Shown one piece after another: positions 27,286-40,064 of a DNA stretch of 64,000 bases (positions are counted from its first letter, which is position 1; each line of letters opens with the position of its first letter). Where the stretch lies: contig NC_043004.1 in the NCBI RefSeq assembly GCF_006345805.1, positions 46,004,001 through 46,068,000 on the forward strand, in the 5' to 3' direction. The notes under the pieces were generated by a model. It had not been told where the DNA came from, made no database searches, and worked only from the letters and a program-made list of their open reading frames with translations. Position numbers and translations under genes: made by a program. This DNA is from Octopus sinensis (lineage: Eukaryota).

Positions 27286-27514
27286 TCTAGAGTGTGAGAG
27301 TTGCACAATGACAGAGGAGGCGGCCAATGTGGAAAGCAGAACTTAATAGTTAATGAACAAAGAAGGAAGAAAAAGGGTTGATCGGAATAGACTTCTACAG
27401 TGTGATAGTTGTGCAATGACATAGGAATTGGCCAGCATGGAATGAACTTTAAATTTAATGGCCAAAGAAGGAACAAAAGAGTAAGCAGGGTAATCTAGCT
27501 TTGTTTTCCAGAAA

Positions 27515-30034
27515 TATCAGGCTGAGGAAAAAGCAAGCAGCATTTTGAAACATGAAATATCAACACATTTTTGACAACGAGCTGCAAGTTTTTCTTTTAT
27601 TCTGGTAACATAAAAATCTGGAGTTCTAGAGCTGATAAACTCTTTGAACGCACTTTCAGCATCGATCTGATTTTTAAACTCCTTCGCTCGCAGGAAACCA
27701 TCCTGGTGCTTAAAAAAAGTGGTAGTAGGTATGAGAAAGGTCTGGGGAATAATTTGGGTGGGGTAGAACTTCAAGATTGAAGAATGATTGGCCCTCTTCT
27801 TTTGACCAGCCTGACACGGAGTAGTAGCTTTTCGTTCATTTTGGCAAATTCATGCCAGTATGTTTCCGCAGTAATGGTTTTTCCGGATTTTAAGGTGTTA
27901 TAGTCAATGAGTTCAACAATAAACCACGAAACCGTGACCATAACTTTCTTTTTGAACATCTCGAGTTTAGGGAAGGTTTTCGGTTCTTCATTTTAGCCCA
28001 ACCACTGCAAAGTAGGTTTTGTTTTTTATTGTTGTACGGAATCCAATTTTCATCGCGAGTTACAATACGGTCGAGAAATGAGTCGGTCTGGTTACGGAGA
28101 AGAAGACACGAGCAAATTTTATATCTGCGCATTTTCTGATTTTCATTCAAATCGTGTTGTACCCATTTGTCGAACTGTTTTGATTTTCCGATCGCATGCA
28201 AATGGTTGCAGGCAGTTTTCTGGCTAACTTGAAGTTTTTTTACCAGTTCTCGAGTGGTGTTACGTGAATATCTCTCAATGACGGACTTCAATTGACTATC
28301 ATCGAGACTCATGTCTCCACTACGAAATCGTTTAAACCATTTTCGAGCTGACCACTCACTGGTCATTTCCTCACCAAACGTTTCGTTGTGTTTTTTTTAT
28401 TACCTATAAAAGGCGTACATTGATATTAACGTTTCAGAAGGACGGTACTAAATATGTGGGGACATATAACAATTAAAATAAAATTATGATAACACGAATT
28501 AAAAGGAAATGATATATGAAAATGTGCTACCAACCCCACGTCAGCAGCATCATTTACACCCTTTTTTATATCCAGTTCACATTTATACCCTGTCCTTCCT
28601 CTAACTCTCCGTTTTCTATTACTTTTGGTATTTCATTTAGATCACAAACCAATTTTCTATATCTAAAACCTTCTTTGTAATCCATTACTTCTTTCATACC
28701 AACTTCTGACACCAATGCGCATGCGACCATATCTTCTTTCTTTTACTTCCTTTCATATTTACAGTCCTTACGTCCTTCAACTGTGCTAACTTCTCTGTCA
28801 GTCTCCTATCCACACCTTTACAGAAAAACACAAGCATAACACATGGGGAGGGGCTTGTGATTTTTGTATGCTTGTATTTCTTTTTTTTCCGTTTTTGTGT
28901 CGGTGGGAAATGTATGAGTTTGGTGTCTGCAGTGGGAGGGTGTGGTTGAGAGGGTGTGGGTGGGGTGGGTACGGGTTGGGGTCCAATTTGACTGTCCTTC
29001 CTCTTCCTCTGTTTTTTCCTTCCAGCTACTCTCCATCCCTCCCCGTCAGTTTCCTCCTCTTCCACCAATTCCTTTTTCTCGACCTTCTGTGCATGCATTT
29101 TTTTAGGGCAGTCTGCTCTAATGTGGCAATTTAGGCAACATTTGCAGTAGCGAAGGGTTCTGCCTTCTACCCACAGTTTCATTACAGTATCATCTACTGA
29201 CACAGTTTCTGCCAGTTTCTCCATATTTTCTACTGAAATTTGGATTAACATATCCAGTACATTGCCTCACCAAGTCCTTACTTCTTTTTCTGCGTCTTGG
29301 TGCACGGTCGCTTCCTTCCCATTTCAGGGAGGATTCCCTCCACCATGACCCTGGAAGTTTTTCTTCCAAAGTATGTAGGTAGGAAGATCACCTCTTCCGT
29401 CTTCTTTGTATTAGCCGAGTGCTCCTTTGCCTCTTCTTTCTCCTTGAAATGCACAACAGTACCGTAACTGCTTCCCCTGGCAAGATATGATGTATCTTGC
29501 CAGATTGGCCTCAATGTTTTCTCAATTTCCTCCGTAGCCTCATTTTCAATTCTTCTCTCCTCAATTGAATACATTTTATAAACAATTCTACCTTCTTCCA
29601 TGTTTTTCAGTACCTCATTCGGTGGTGACAATTTTACATCACCACCCTCCTCCAGCATTTTTCCAAAGTCCTTCAGGTTTTCCAAGCTTACCTCCTTCTT
29701 AGAGACACCTGCCACTTCTGCAAAACTTTTCACCTCTAAAAATTCTTCTATTTTATTAATAGCCCTGATCTGATATCGCAACCAGTTTCAGTTGCATTAC
29801 ATCTTTTTTTGAAGTTAAATAGCAAAATTGCTTGAATATCGTGTTTTGACAGTTTCATTTCAGATTTTAATAATGGTGGAAAAAATATCATTGTTAATTT
29901 ATTGGTGCATTTGGGCAAGTCTATGTCTGTATTATCAGACAATTGCAAAATTAGTTTTTAAATTCAAAACTGCAAAATTCTGGTACAAATCATTCATGCT
30001 TCAAAACGTTGCTTACATTTTACCTAACCTAATA
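27515..30034 (-). mobile_element. Full-span decayed mariner interrupted by a 1.4 kb insertion
   Basis: Ends TA-TCAGGCTGAGGAAAAAGCAAGC and GTTGCTTACATTTTACCTAACCTAA-TA. ORFs give MKLSKHDIQAILLFNFK (29748-29948), ARKWFKRFRSGD..KWVQHDL..FLDRIVTRDENWI (27890-28366), KKVMVTV, and C-terminal 27517-27774. Same family as 63172-64000. Confidence 0.93.
28389..29770 (-). mobile_element. ORF1/gag-only retroelement copy (L1/Tx1-type ORF1 with zinc knuckle) ending in an A-rich tail
   Basis: ORFs 29278-29781 (KSFAEVAG, YGTVVHFK, PTYFGRKTSRVMVEGI) and 28694-29251 (VEGRTLRYCKCCLNCHIRADCP knuckle, EGWRVAGRKK, Pro-rich tract). The minus strand ends taataaaaaaaaca. Mariner sequence resumes exactly on both sides. 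Confidence 0.78.
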
Positions 30035-31639
30035 ATTCTTCCAAAATTAATTTGTCCGATATTTTTCTCAAAATCCCCGACGTTACATGGGATTTAACAC
30101 TTTTGTGTCTTTTAGGCGACTACCACATCATCAACAGAAAACTGTATTTCGATGCTTGGAAATTCTGATATTTCGATTCAAATTTTCGAATTAATCTTTG
30201 TCTTTCAATGTGTACTGCATCAGATGAATTCAGTTTCAAATTACAACAGAAAGTTAATGATGTTTGTTACTTTGTCTCACGTTCATATTCCTATTATTAC
30301 TGTTGTTACTGCAGTTGTTCTTGTCTTTCTTCTGTTGTGTTTGTGCTGTGGTCCTTATAATATTTGTGCTTACATTTTGTTGTTGTGGTAGATGGCATTA
30401 TTGCTTTCATTGTTATTACGGTAATTATTCTGGTGGACGATAAAAATTGTTTACGTGGGTGACTGGTTTGCCAGTTGTTTAACATTACGCCTAATTTAAA
30501 AAAAAAAACATTTCGTAAGTAGTGGAGATGAACGCTCTACCGATTCATAACCTAAATGAGGTTGCAATGTTAACGAGAATTCGAAATCAGATTGAAAATA
30601 TGGCTTCTTTCGTCAACCTCACCCTGTGTGATATATTAATTATCTTCGTGTTTAAAAATTAATTAATTAGTGGTTATTAATCTTGATATAATGTGTTTAT
30701 TAGATTATATAAAATTCATATTAATTAATTATCTAGCAATATATTGTGCGTGAATGTACGAGTATGTCTACTTGTATGAGTATTTATCTAAGTATATATG
30801 TGAGTGTGAGTGCATAGGTATGTGTATATGTATCTGCAATAAAAAGATAAAACAAAGAGGAAAATGCTTGTCTTCACTTCAAACTCTCGCTCCTATACAG
30901 CGTGTTTCAAGACAAAAATGAAGATTGAACTTATCTCTGATCAGTGGTGGTGGTGGGATTTTCTGTTGCTGATAGAAAGATTTAATTTATTAATAAGTAT
31001 AACCTTAATTAATAAACTTCCAACATTAGTTCAGCGGCTTTGATGTTGACGGTCATAATTTAAACATAACATCTGTCCATCTGACTTTAATGCGAGAATT
31101 AACATGAATGCATTATTTAGAGTGAAATGTATAGTATACAAAGAATGTTTTCGTTGTATGATCAACCACAGTTATTTTATAATTCGAGATAGCAACACAT
31201 CTAGTGGAAGGGACAGGGAAAAGAGAAACTAAACGCATTATCACTAGTATAAATGTCTACCGCTAGGCTCTGTATGTCTTCTGTGCCTAGAAAGGCTGGC
31301 GGAAACATCGGTGAGTACGTGTTCTAAACTTAAATAAGACCGAAGTTTATTTTGCCTTCAAATTTTTTTTCGGGGGCGAAGAGGAAATACTTATATGTAA
31401 TGCATCAGTTTCCTTCTTTCCTGCATTGACATTTTTCTCTCTATGCTTAAAAAATGTTCAAAAATGTCCAAGGCATCTTCATGTGACCAGGAGTTTTCTA
31501 CTGTAGCACCAAAGGACCGAATGCCTAAGGCAGGCAGGTAACACACACACACACACGCATACACGCGCTCCCCCCAACACACACAAACACACATACACAC
31601 ATCACACAACAGCACACAATTCTCTCTCTCTCAATAGAA

Positions 31640-31678
<39 letters not shown>

Positions 31679-31683
31679 ATATA

Positions 31684-31965
31684 TTACTCTTTTACTCTTT
31701 TACTCGTTTCAGCAATGCGGCTGCGGTCATACTGGAGCATCACCATGGTTCTTCTACGTTCCTCACTCTGGAGTGTTTCACATTACCACTCCTGTAAGTG
31801 CCTCTGTCACAGCTATTGGCCCATTTGGTGTATAACGGAGTTTGATTCTGCTGCCCTCCATTGCACCTCATGTCGGGCCCTTGGTTCATCTAGTATTGTG
31901 GAAAGGAGGATGTCTAGTTCCCTTCTGAAGACACCTGTGTCCACCTGTTGCAACATAGACTAAAA
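31684..31965 (-). mobile_element. 3' end of a CR1/L2-like LINE with an (AAAAGAGT)n tail
   Basis: Minus frame VDTGVFRRELDILLSTILDEPRARHEVQWRAAESNSVIHQ, a short UTR, then gctccagtatgaccgcagcc..ctgaaacgagtaaaagagtaaaagagt. Confidence 0.65.
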
Positions 31966-32084
31966 TCTTCATTAGAAAAATAGGAAATTACAATAATTTC
32001 AATGTCCTGATTAGCGAAAGGGGTCGACAAACACGATATAGAATATTCCAAACCTATATAAGGTGTGTGCATAGTCCTTCTTTT

Positions 32085-32264
32085 ATGATAATGATAATAA
32101 TAATAATAATAACAACAACAACATCGTAAAATACCTTAGGAATGAGAACCCAAGTGCGAAATTTACCCAAGACATGATGAAAGCTGGAGGGTATATTAGC
32201 CGAAACGTTGTCTTAACAACAAACAAGATGAGGACAAGTATCCGCCAATGTAAATAATGTAAAT
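32085..32264 (+). mobile_element. Second, headless copy of the (AAT)n plus hammerhead-tail element
   Basis: acatcgtaaaataccttaggaatgagaaccca..aagac-ATGATGA-aagctg..tagcc-GAAAC-GTT-gtctt..tgtaaataatgtaaat aligns with the reverse complement of 24543-24700. Confidence 0.85.
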
Positions 32265-32344
32265 GATATATATGTATATATAATATATATATTATATATA
32301 TATATATATATAATATATATATTATATATATATAATATATATAT

Positions 32345-32460
32345 AGGGTTCAGTCCCACTGCGTGGCACCTTGAGCTAGTGTCTTCTACTATAGCCTCGG
32401 GCCAACCAAAGCCTTGTGAGTGGATTTGGTAGACGGAAAACTGAAAGACGCCCGGCGTAT
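32345..32460 (+). mobile_element. SINE fragment (B box and body) in (TA)n
   Basis: gggttcagtcccactgcgtggcaccttg..gtgagtggatttggtagacggaaa; same family as 59340-59650 and 60890-61050. Confidence 0.82.
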
Positions 32461-32609
32461 ATATGTATATATATATATATATATAGATATATACATATAT
32501 ATATATACTTATGTATAAATATATATATATATATATATACATGTACATATATTTAAATATGTATATACATATATATATGTACATATATTTGTGTGTGTGT
32601 ATTTATATA

Positions 32610-32672
<63 letters not shown>

Positions 32673-32676
32673 TTTA

Positions 32677-33295
32677 TTGCAAGTTGGTGATAACTCATGT
32701 CACCCAGTATTCAAGCCCACGTGGTTTCCATCTTTATTGGACATCCTCGGTGGTGGTTACTCGTTGCCCGGCATTGCAGCAGATTTTCTCACTCTCAATT
32801 ACTAGAAAACACGGTGTAATTGAATAATTGATTTTGTAACTAGGAAACTAGTCCGTAGGAAATCTTTGTTCGAGAGCGCAGAATACAAAGTGGCTATAAG
32901 CAATACATTTTGGTTCGTATATGGCTTCTATCTCGAACAGAGATTTTCTAACGGACTAGTTTCCTAGCTACAAAATTTTACACTCTGTTTTTCTATATAT
33001 TGAGAGTGAGAGAAACTGCTGCCAACCTGGCAACGAGTACGCACCACTAAAGATATCCAATACAGATCGAAACCGCGCAGTCTGGTTATCTTGAAGTCTG
33101 AGTGACAGGCGTTATCTCCTGCTTGCAACAGATAGTGGGTGAGAGAAGCGCACTGAATATAGTTGCTGTAGATGTCATCCTGGGGTTAAATGGAAGTATC
33201 GTAGACACTTAGAAGATAGCCACATTAAAATAGCTAAGAGCATTACATTTTGGTTCCTATACTGCTTCTAGCTCGGACACAGATTTTCTAACAAA
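32677..33295. repeat. ~200 bp-arm inverted repeat (32677-33130) plus short direct repeat; PLE pLTR-like, with degenerate hammerheads in both arms
   Basis: ttgcaagttggtgataac..aggaaactagtccgtaggaaatct vs agattttctaacggactagtttcct..gttatctcctgcttgcaa; ~33240-33295 repeats ~32900-32955. Confidence 0.8.
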
Positions 33296-33425
33296 CTATA
33301 TATATATATATATATCATTAATACAGACACACGAAGGAAAAATACAGCAAGAAATACACAACAACAACGCATGTACGTGGTACATACAAAGTATTAAAAG
33401 ATGCACAGGGAAGGTAAAAAAAGGG

Positions 33426-33462
33426 TGTTTTACGTTTCGAGCAAATCTCTTCTTCAGAAACA
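33426..33462 (-). ncRNA. Minimal hammerhead ribozyme motif with intact core, inside a short repeat (~33320-33520)
   Basis: UGUUU-CUGAAGA-a-GAG-auuug-CUC-GAAAC-GUA-AAACA: 5-bp stem I, 3-bp stem II, loopless ACGU stem III, predicted cleavage after GUA. Confidence 0.75.
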
Positions 33463-33988
33463 GGAGACGGAGGAAAGTCCAAGATAAAATGAAGACAGAG
33501 AAAAAAAATCGTCAATAATCTACGTACATCTATTTGTATTCTGTTAAGAGCGATCTTTCATAACACAAACAGTTTGATATGCAATTTTATTATTTCCTTA
33601 TTCTTTTCAGGATATTGCATTTTTAAAATTCCTGACATACACGTTTTGAATTAATTATAAAGATTTTCTCAAGTACTATATTGCATATTCTACAGTCATC
33701 TGTTATAAAAACAAACACAGAAAAAAATTATTTATGCAATTTCCTTTCGATTAATCCATCATTTATTATTCATTAAATCTTAATCCTGGAAGAAAAAGGA
33801 TTCCAGATACTGTTATAAATAATATGAAAGTGCGAAGCATATTATTTGCAAAATATTTATTATTCATTTTTAAAATAGAATTTTAATATCCTTATTGATT
33901 TTTTTGAATATTTACATTCTTATGAAATATACATATCTATCTATCTATCTATCGATCTATCTATCTATCTATCTATCTATATCTATCT

Positions 33989-34135
<147 letters not shown>

Positions 34136-34232
34136 TCCCGCACATACATATATATATATATATATGTATTTGTATACAAATATATATATAATATATTGTA
34201 CACATACACACACATATATTATATATATTTGC

Positions 34233-34282
<50 letters not shown>

Positions 34283-34899
34283 AATGAATGCCGTGCGATA
34301 GAATAACAAACATCCCAGTTTTCTTCATTAAAACACCATCACTTTTTTATGGTGAAGGGGCCAACAATATATCAATCTGATATCATAGTACCAAGGCAAA
34401 TCAAAAGCAGCCATTTAAACAGTCAGATTATAATGGACGATAGACATAACGATTGCTGAATCATGAGAGCATCGGAAAATTATTTGCTTCATTCATTTCG
34501 TGTCTACTTTTGGAGTTCAAATCTAGGTGGGATCAATTTTGTGTTTCATGCCCACGTGTCTGCTAAAATAAAATTTCATTGAAGAACACTCGTCGACGGT
34601 ACTAACCGCTAACACTCACCTCAAAACTGCTGGCTCTGTGTCTATATAAGAAACAATTGCTTGCTCTTATTACGTTTCAAATCATTAGGGAGAGTTGGTA
34701 GCAGCAGTATTATTTACGGTTAATTTCGATCTGGATATTCCTTCCATGTCGACTTTATCTTTCATATTGTGAGGTCCATAATGATGATACCAGTTAACTA
34801 TTCTATCTGTTTCTTTTTTCTCGGTATCAACCACGTGGCATTTCAGGTAAAGATGTAGAGACCCTATCAGAACAACTCTTCACCCACCGAAAAGGAAGT

Positions 34900-35235
34900 G
34901 GATGCAGAGAGTGGTTAGTCTTTGTCTTTGGTTCCTTCTCGAGCCATTCCTGGCTCATAAGGGCCGGTTTCCCGGTTTCCGGTTTCTTGGCGTATATGTT
35001 CCCCACGTTGACGGGACGCCGGTCTGTCGCAGGTGAGCTGCAAGTTGCAGGAGGAAAGAGTGAGAGGAAGTTGTGGCGAAGGAGGTAGCAGAAGTTCGTC
35101 ATTACCTTCTGCCGAAGCCACGTGGGGCTTAGGTGTTTCACTCATAAACACTCACATCACCCGGTCTGAGATTCGAAACTGCGATCTCCCGACCGCGAAT
35201 CTGCTGCTCTAACCATTAGGGCATGTGCCTCCACA
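34900..35235 (-). mobile_element. tRNA-derived SINE (another family)
   Basis: Minus head gtggaggcacatgccctaatggttagagcagcagattcgc..agtttcgaatctcagaccggg with A/B-box-like motifs, GC-rich body, and an (aagaca)-like tail. Confidence 0.78.
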
Positions 35236-36254
35236 GCGAGTGGTTAGGAAACTCATGCAGTCGATAAGCTGATCTATTACTGAAACCTTTAAAAGGATAC
35301 CTTCCCAATGTAAAATACATGATACAATGGTAATAACAGAAGAATTCAGTTCCAGAATAGAAAGAGTATCTGAATTTGTGGTAAATGTATCGTCAATAAA
35401 ACGATGACAATGACTTAAACTTGTAAAGTTTTTAATTTATCAAACTTTAAGGCAAAGAAGATGAATTTTGTCTTCGAAGAAATGGAATGTAAATGGATGT
35501 ATATAAATTCCAGAAGATATCTGTCTATTTTGTCACTTCATTTTCAAATATATAAAACAGGCCTCGAGTTTTGAGTAATTTTGGATGGATGGAAACTGTG
35601 TGGTAACCTACCAAAGGGAGCGGTCCTCGCTTTGGGTGGAAGGCTTTCTCTTGCTCTTCGGTATGATATCATCACTGAGTGACTTTATCCCCGTCAATCC
35701 TGTTGCAAGAATTCCGTCCTATTACTCGCGGTGAGATACTCACCAAATTACTGCTCCTCTCGCCATGAATCAATGAAGAACTATTTGCAATAAATTTACT
35801 CTTTTTAATCAATTAAATAAGAAAGAACATATCCCAGCTTACACCATCTTTTTTTGATTTTGGAAGAAGAAAAAGTATGGCTGCTATTTCTAGCAACTTC
35901 ACTGACGCCTTACTGTCTCGTTTCAATAATGATTTACAGAAATCAACTGAAACGACGATTCTCCATAATCATAATCGTTATTCCTGAACGAGGTTAAAAA
36001 TAAATCAAATATACATATATATTACTTGAGTCTGTTATAGCCAAGGTGTGAATATCACTTTATCCTAATTAGCATGACGTAATATATCCGTATCATTACG
36101 AAATACAGCCAATAAGCGAATGAACAATTTAAGAAAAAAACTCCATAGGGAACTCAAAAACATTTTCGCTGTCACTTTCGAGGTACACCTGTGGAAGATT
36201 GGAGATTAACATACAAATACAATAGAAGCTAATCTACCTATCCACTTATCGCTT

Positions 36255-36316
<62 letters not shown>

Positions 36317-37459
36317 TACACACACACACACATATATATATATATAAATGTATATATATATATATATACATACATGTATATATATTATATATATATATAT
36401 ATATATAATATATATATATATATGTATATGCATAAACACATAAATACAAATATACACTTGTGTGTGTGTGCGTGCACGTGTGTATTAATGTATGTATATA
36501 TAACCTTAGCACGATAATGAGTTTTATTTTGCAGTCTGTGGAATAATTATGAACCTGTACTGTATGGTTACTAATCTCAATTCGGTAAGTCTCATGAAGT
36601 CAAAGAAATCACGCACAAGCGTCAACTTGCTCAATTTCGCTTGACAAACAATCACATTCTAATTATATTCTACCACAAACTAGATTTAATATCTTCGTAT
36701 CAAACACTGCTCCACATTTCTACTTCCTTATCTCTTCAACCATTGTATTTCTTTCAGTATTATACTGGTTTTCTTCCGCTTTACTCTCTCTGTCTCTCTC
36801 TCACTCCCTTACTTTCTTTCTCTCTATATGTGTCTTTCTTTTTGCCTCTTTCACTCTCTCTCTCCTGTTTTGTTACTCTCTTCTGAGATAACTTCTTGAT
36901 ATTTGACCGTTATTTCCATGTTTTGTTCGATTTCAACATTAGTATCACTTGCACGAAACCTTCACATTAAGCTTGATTAAACAAACACAATAGCGTTAGC
37001 AGGATATCCTCCTAACCAAGCTATTATTATAAAACTTATGTATTACTTTTGCTTCTCTATCACAACTCTCAGTCCTGATAATATTTCAAACGACTGTCTG
37101 ATAAAGTATATTTATAACTTGATAAACGTGATCTTGGAGTCAATGTTTTATTCCCTGACTTAAAGAAGAAGTTTCCAAACAAATCACACAAAAATGAACT
37201 AACAAAAAACATCACAGGCAACAACTGCAGCAGCAACATCAGCCGCAACCTAGTAGTAATAATAGTAGTAGTAGTGAGTCTTCTGAAAATGTGTTTCAAG
37301 CCAAATCTGGTAAAACATACTCATAAACAATATATAGGGCAGACTTGAAGTGAAGGTGAGCTGTTAAACCTTACACAGCCGACTATGAGTACATCATCAC
37401 ACTTTTACAACAATGATAGCAGCAAGATAATTAGTATCAATGCTCTGATTGTTATGACA

Positions 37460-38750
37460 GCAAAAGGCAGCCAGCTGGTGGAATATTTAGCACGCCAGTT
37501 TTTCCGGATCTTTACGTTCTTAGTTCAAATGCCGCTGAGATTTACTTTTCTTTTCGACATCGATAAAATTAGTACCAGTCGAACAATAAGGTCGATGTAA
37601 TAGATTAGAATCGCTCCCTAAAATTTCTTATTTCCTCACTACCCACAGGGGGCTACACACAGAGGCGACAAACAAGGATAGACAAAGGGATTAAGTCGAT
37701 TATATCCACCCCAGTGCGTAACTGGTACTTATTTAATCAACCCCGAAAGGACGAAAGGCAAAGTCGAACTCGGCGGAATTTGAACTCAGAACGTAGCGGC
37801 AGACGAAATACTATTTCTTTTACTACCCACAAGAGGCTAAACACAGAGAGGACAAACAAGGACAGGCAAACGGATTAAGTCGATTATATCGACCCTAGTG
37901 CGTAACTGGTACTTATTTAATCGACTCCGAAAGGATGAAAGGCAAAGTCGACCTCGGCGGAATTTGAACTCAGAACGTAGCGGTAGACGAAACACCGCTA
38001 AGCATTTCGCCCGGCGTACTAACGCTTCTGCCAGCTCACCGCATTAAAATTTCTGGCGTTGTACCTATAGCAGAAAGGACTATTGATTTCAAATCTTGAC
38101 ACAAACCCAGCAATTTCGAGAGAAAGGGATTAATCGATTGCATTAACTCCAGAGTTTAACTGGTATTTATTTTATGGACCACGAAACGTGAAGCCGTCAT
38201 CAGGGGAATTTGGACCCTGAACAAAATGGTTCTAAGAATTTTGACCGGCGGGCTAACGGTTTTGCCACCTTGCCACTTTCAGTAGCAGAAAAGATTGTCA
38301 CGACGACAATAAAACAGCACGCCGGCAGAACAGTTAGCATCATCTTCCCGCCTCTTTACGTCCTGAGTTCAAAAGCCACCCCAAACTCTAATTTATCTCT
38401 AATCAATTCAAGGTCGACAAATAAATGCAAGTATAGCACTGGGCTCGGGATAATATCCTTACTCCATCACCTGAAAATATTACTAGTTTTGTATCAAAAC
38501 TGAGAAAAGTTTATTGCTACGACTGTAACTATTAATTTTGGTGATTCTTTCAATAAAGGTAATGGTTTCCGATTTAGGCACAATGCCAACACCTTTGAGG
38601 TGGAAGGGATTTAATCGATTACAATGACCCTAGCATCAAGCCCGGAAGATTGAACAACAAATTCGACTTTGGCAGGATTTGAACTCAGAATCCAAAGGGC
38701 CTGAAGCATGTTTTCAGAAGCTCTTACAATTCGGCCTTTCCACCTCCGTT
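37460..38750. mobile_element. SINE cluster including a young head-to-tail dimer (37630-38042, minus) and several older copies in both orientations
   Basis: tactacccaca..gattaagtcgattatatc..aaaggcaaagtcga.ctcggcggaatttgaactcagaacgtagcgg occurs twice; degenerate copies at ~37460-37620, 38080-38270, 38320-38510 and 38560-38740. Confidence 0.88.
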
Positions 38751-39697
38751 TCTGATACTAATACTTAAACTAATGTTCGTAGTGATGGGTTTGCAAACAC
38801 TAACATCTGAACAATTAATTATTTTCTCGTGAATAGTTATAATAACTCATGATCTTAAATACTGATTTCTCGCATACGTACGAGAGCGGGTATATTTGTT
38901 TATAGGAAAGGCATCGATTAATTTTGTTAATCCTCAGTATTTCACTGATTTCTAAATTTATTGACTGACAAGGATGAAAGATAAAATTGATTGCAAGCAA
39001 GATTTGAAATTACAACGTAATGGCTCAGTAATTAAGTCCTCAATCTCTAAAGCTTTTAGCAACCCAATACTCGTTGAAATATTGAAAACTAGTGTTGCTA
39101 CTACAACAAATACCACCACCACCACCGCCGCCGCCGCCGCCACCGCCGCCACCACCACCACCACCACCACAAGAACAACAACACAACAACAACAACAACA
39201 ACAACAACAACTACTACTACTACTACTACTATCACGTATATATCTTCCATTTCTTGCAACGTGCCGTTCCGACTTACTGTATGTTGATAGACCATTAAAA
39301 TAGACACACCAAATTATTCAATTTCAAACTAAGATAAAATTATGTACAAAAAAGATTACATGGGAAGTAATTTTTCTCACAGCAACATGCTCTTCCCAAC
39401 TTGTCAACTATTTTGATTTTATAATTTCGATTTATTAACCAGTGTAAATATTTCTCACGTGTGTCATATCTTGATTCATACTTTACTGGTACTAACATTT
39501 TACATCCAAAGATTAAGTGGCCAATTGTTTCAATGTCATTATTGTAGAATCGGCACTTTGTGTCTGCCCACTTGTCATCACATCAGTTTGGTAGTTTCAG
39601 GTCAGTACGCTTTGCCCTTAAGCAGCTAAGGTGAAACCTTCGCCCTCTGCCTTTAGCCCTGAGATTTGCAGCTGCTTATCGGTGTGCTTTTATTCAG

Positions 39698-40060
39698 CAC
39701 TAGCACCATGACCCGGCAACGCCGGGTCATGGTGCTAGTGGATGCATATACAGCTGCGTGCGCACATACACGAGAGTACTGTCCAAATCTCCAACCAATC
39801 ACATACATCTAGCTGGCATTCAATTGGCGTATCAAGTTTTGGGCATTTTGACTGGGTTTTGGATAGAAAATTCACAAAAATGTTACTTCTATTGATTTTT
39901 TAATGGCTTTGCGGGGCGACTGGGGAAATGTAAAGATGTACACGACCACCATTGGATGGTTTTGAATGTCTATAGAATGTGCGAGCCCTCTAACTGAACA
40001 ATTCTGGATTTGTATAAAGGACACACATACAGACAATTTGCCGTTTAATATATAGAGAGA
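39698..40060 (+). mobile_element. Non-autonomous Helitron/Helentron-associated (HINE/DINE-like) element beginning with a perfect hairpin
   Basis: Starts actagc..acccggc..cgcc and ends acacacatacagacaatttgccgtttaatatataga, the end pattern typical of DINE/HINE elements. Perfect 20-bp hairpin at 39698-39740. Confidence 0.6.
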
Positions 40061-40064
40061 TTAG

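Noticed and set aside
38974-39303. ORF with poly-T/A/Q/P tracts resembling a transcription-factor exon
   Set aside because: A compound (ACC)(GCC)(AAC)(ACT) microsatellite open in several frames, with no domain or splice support.
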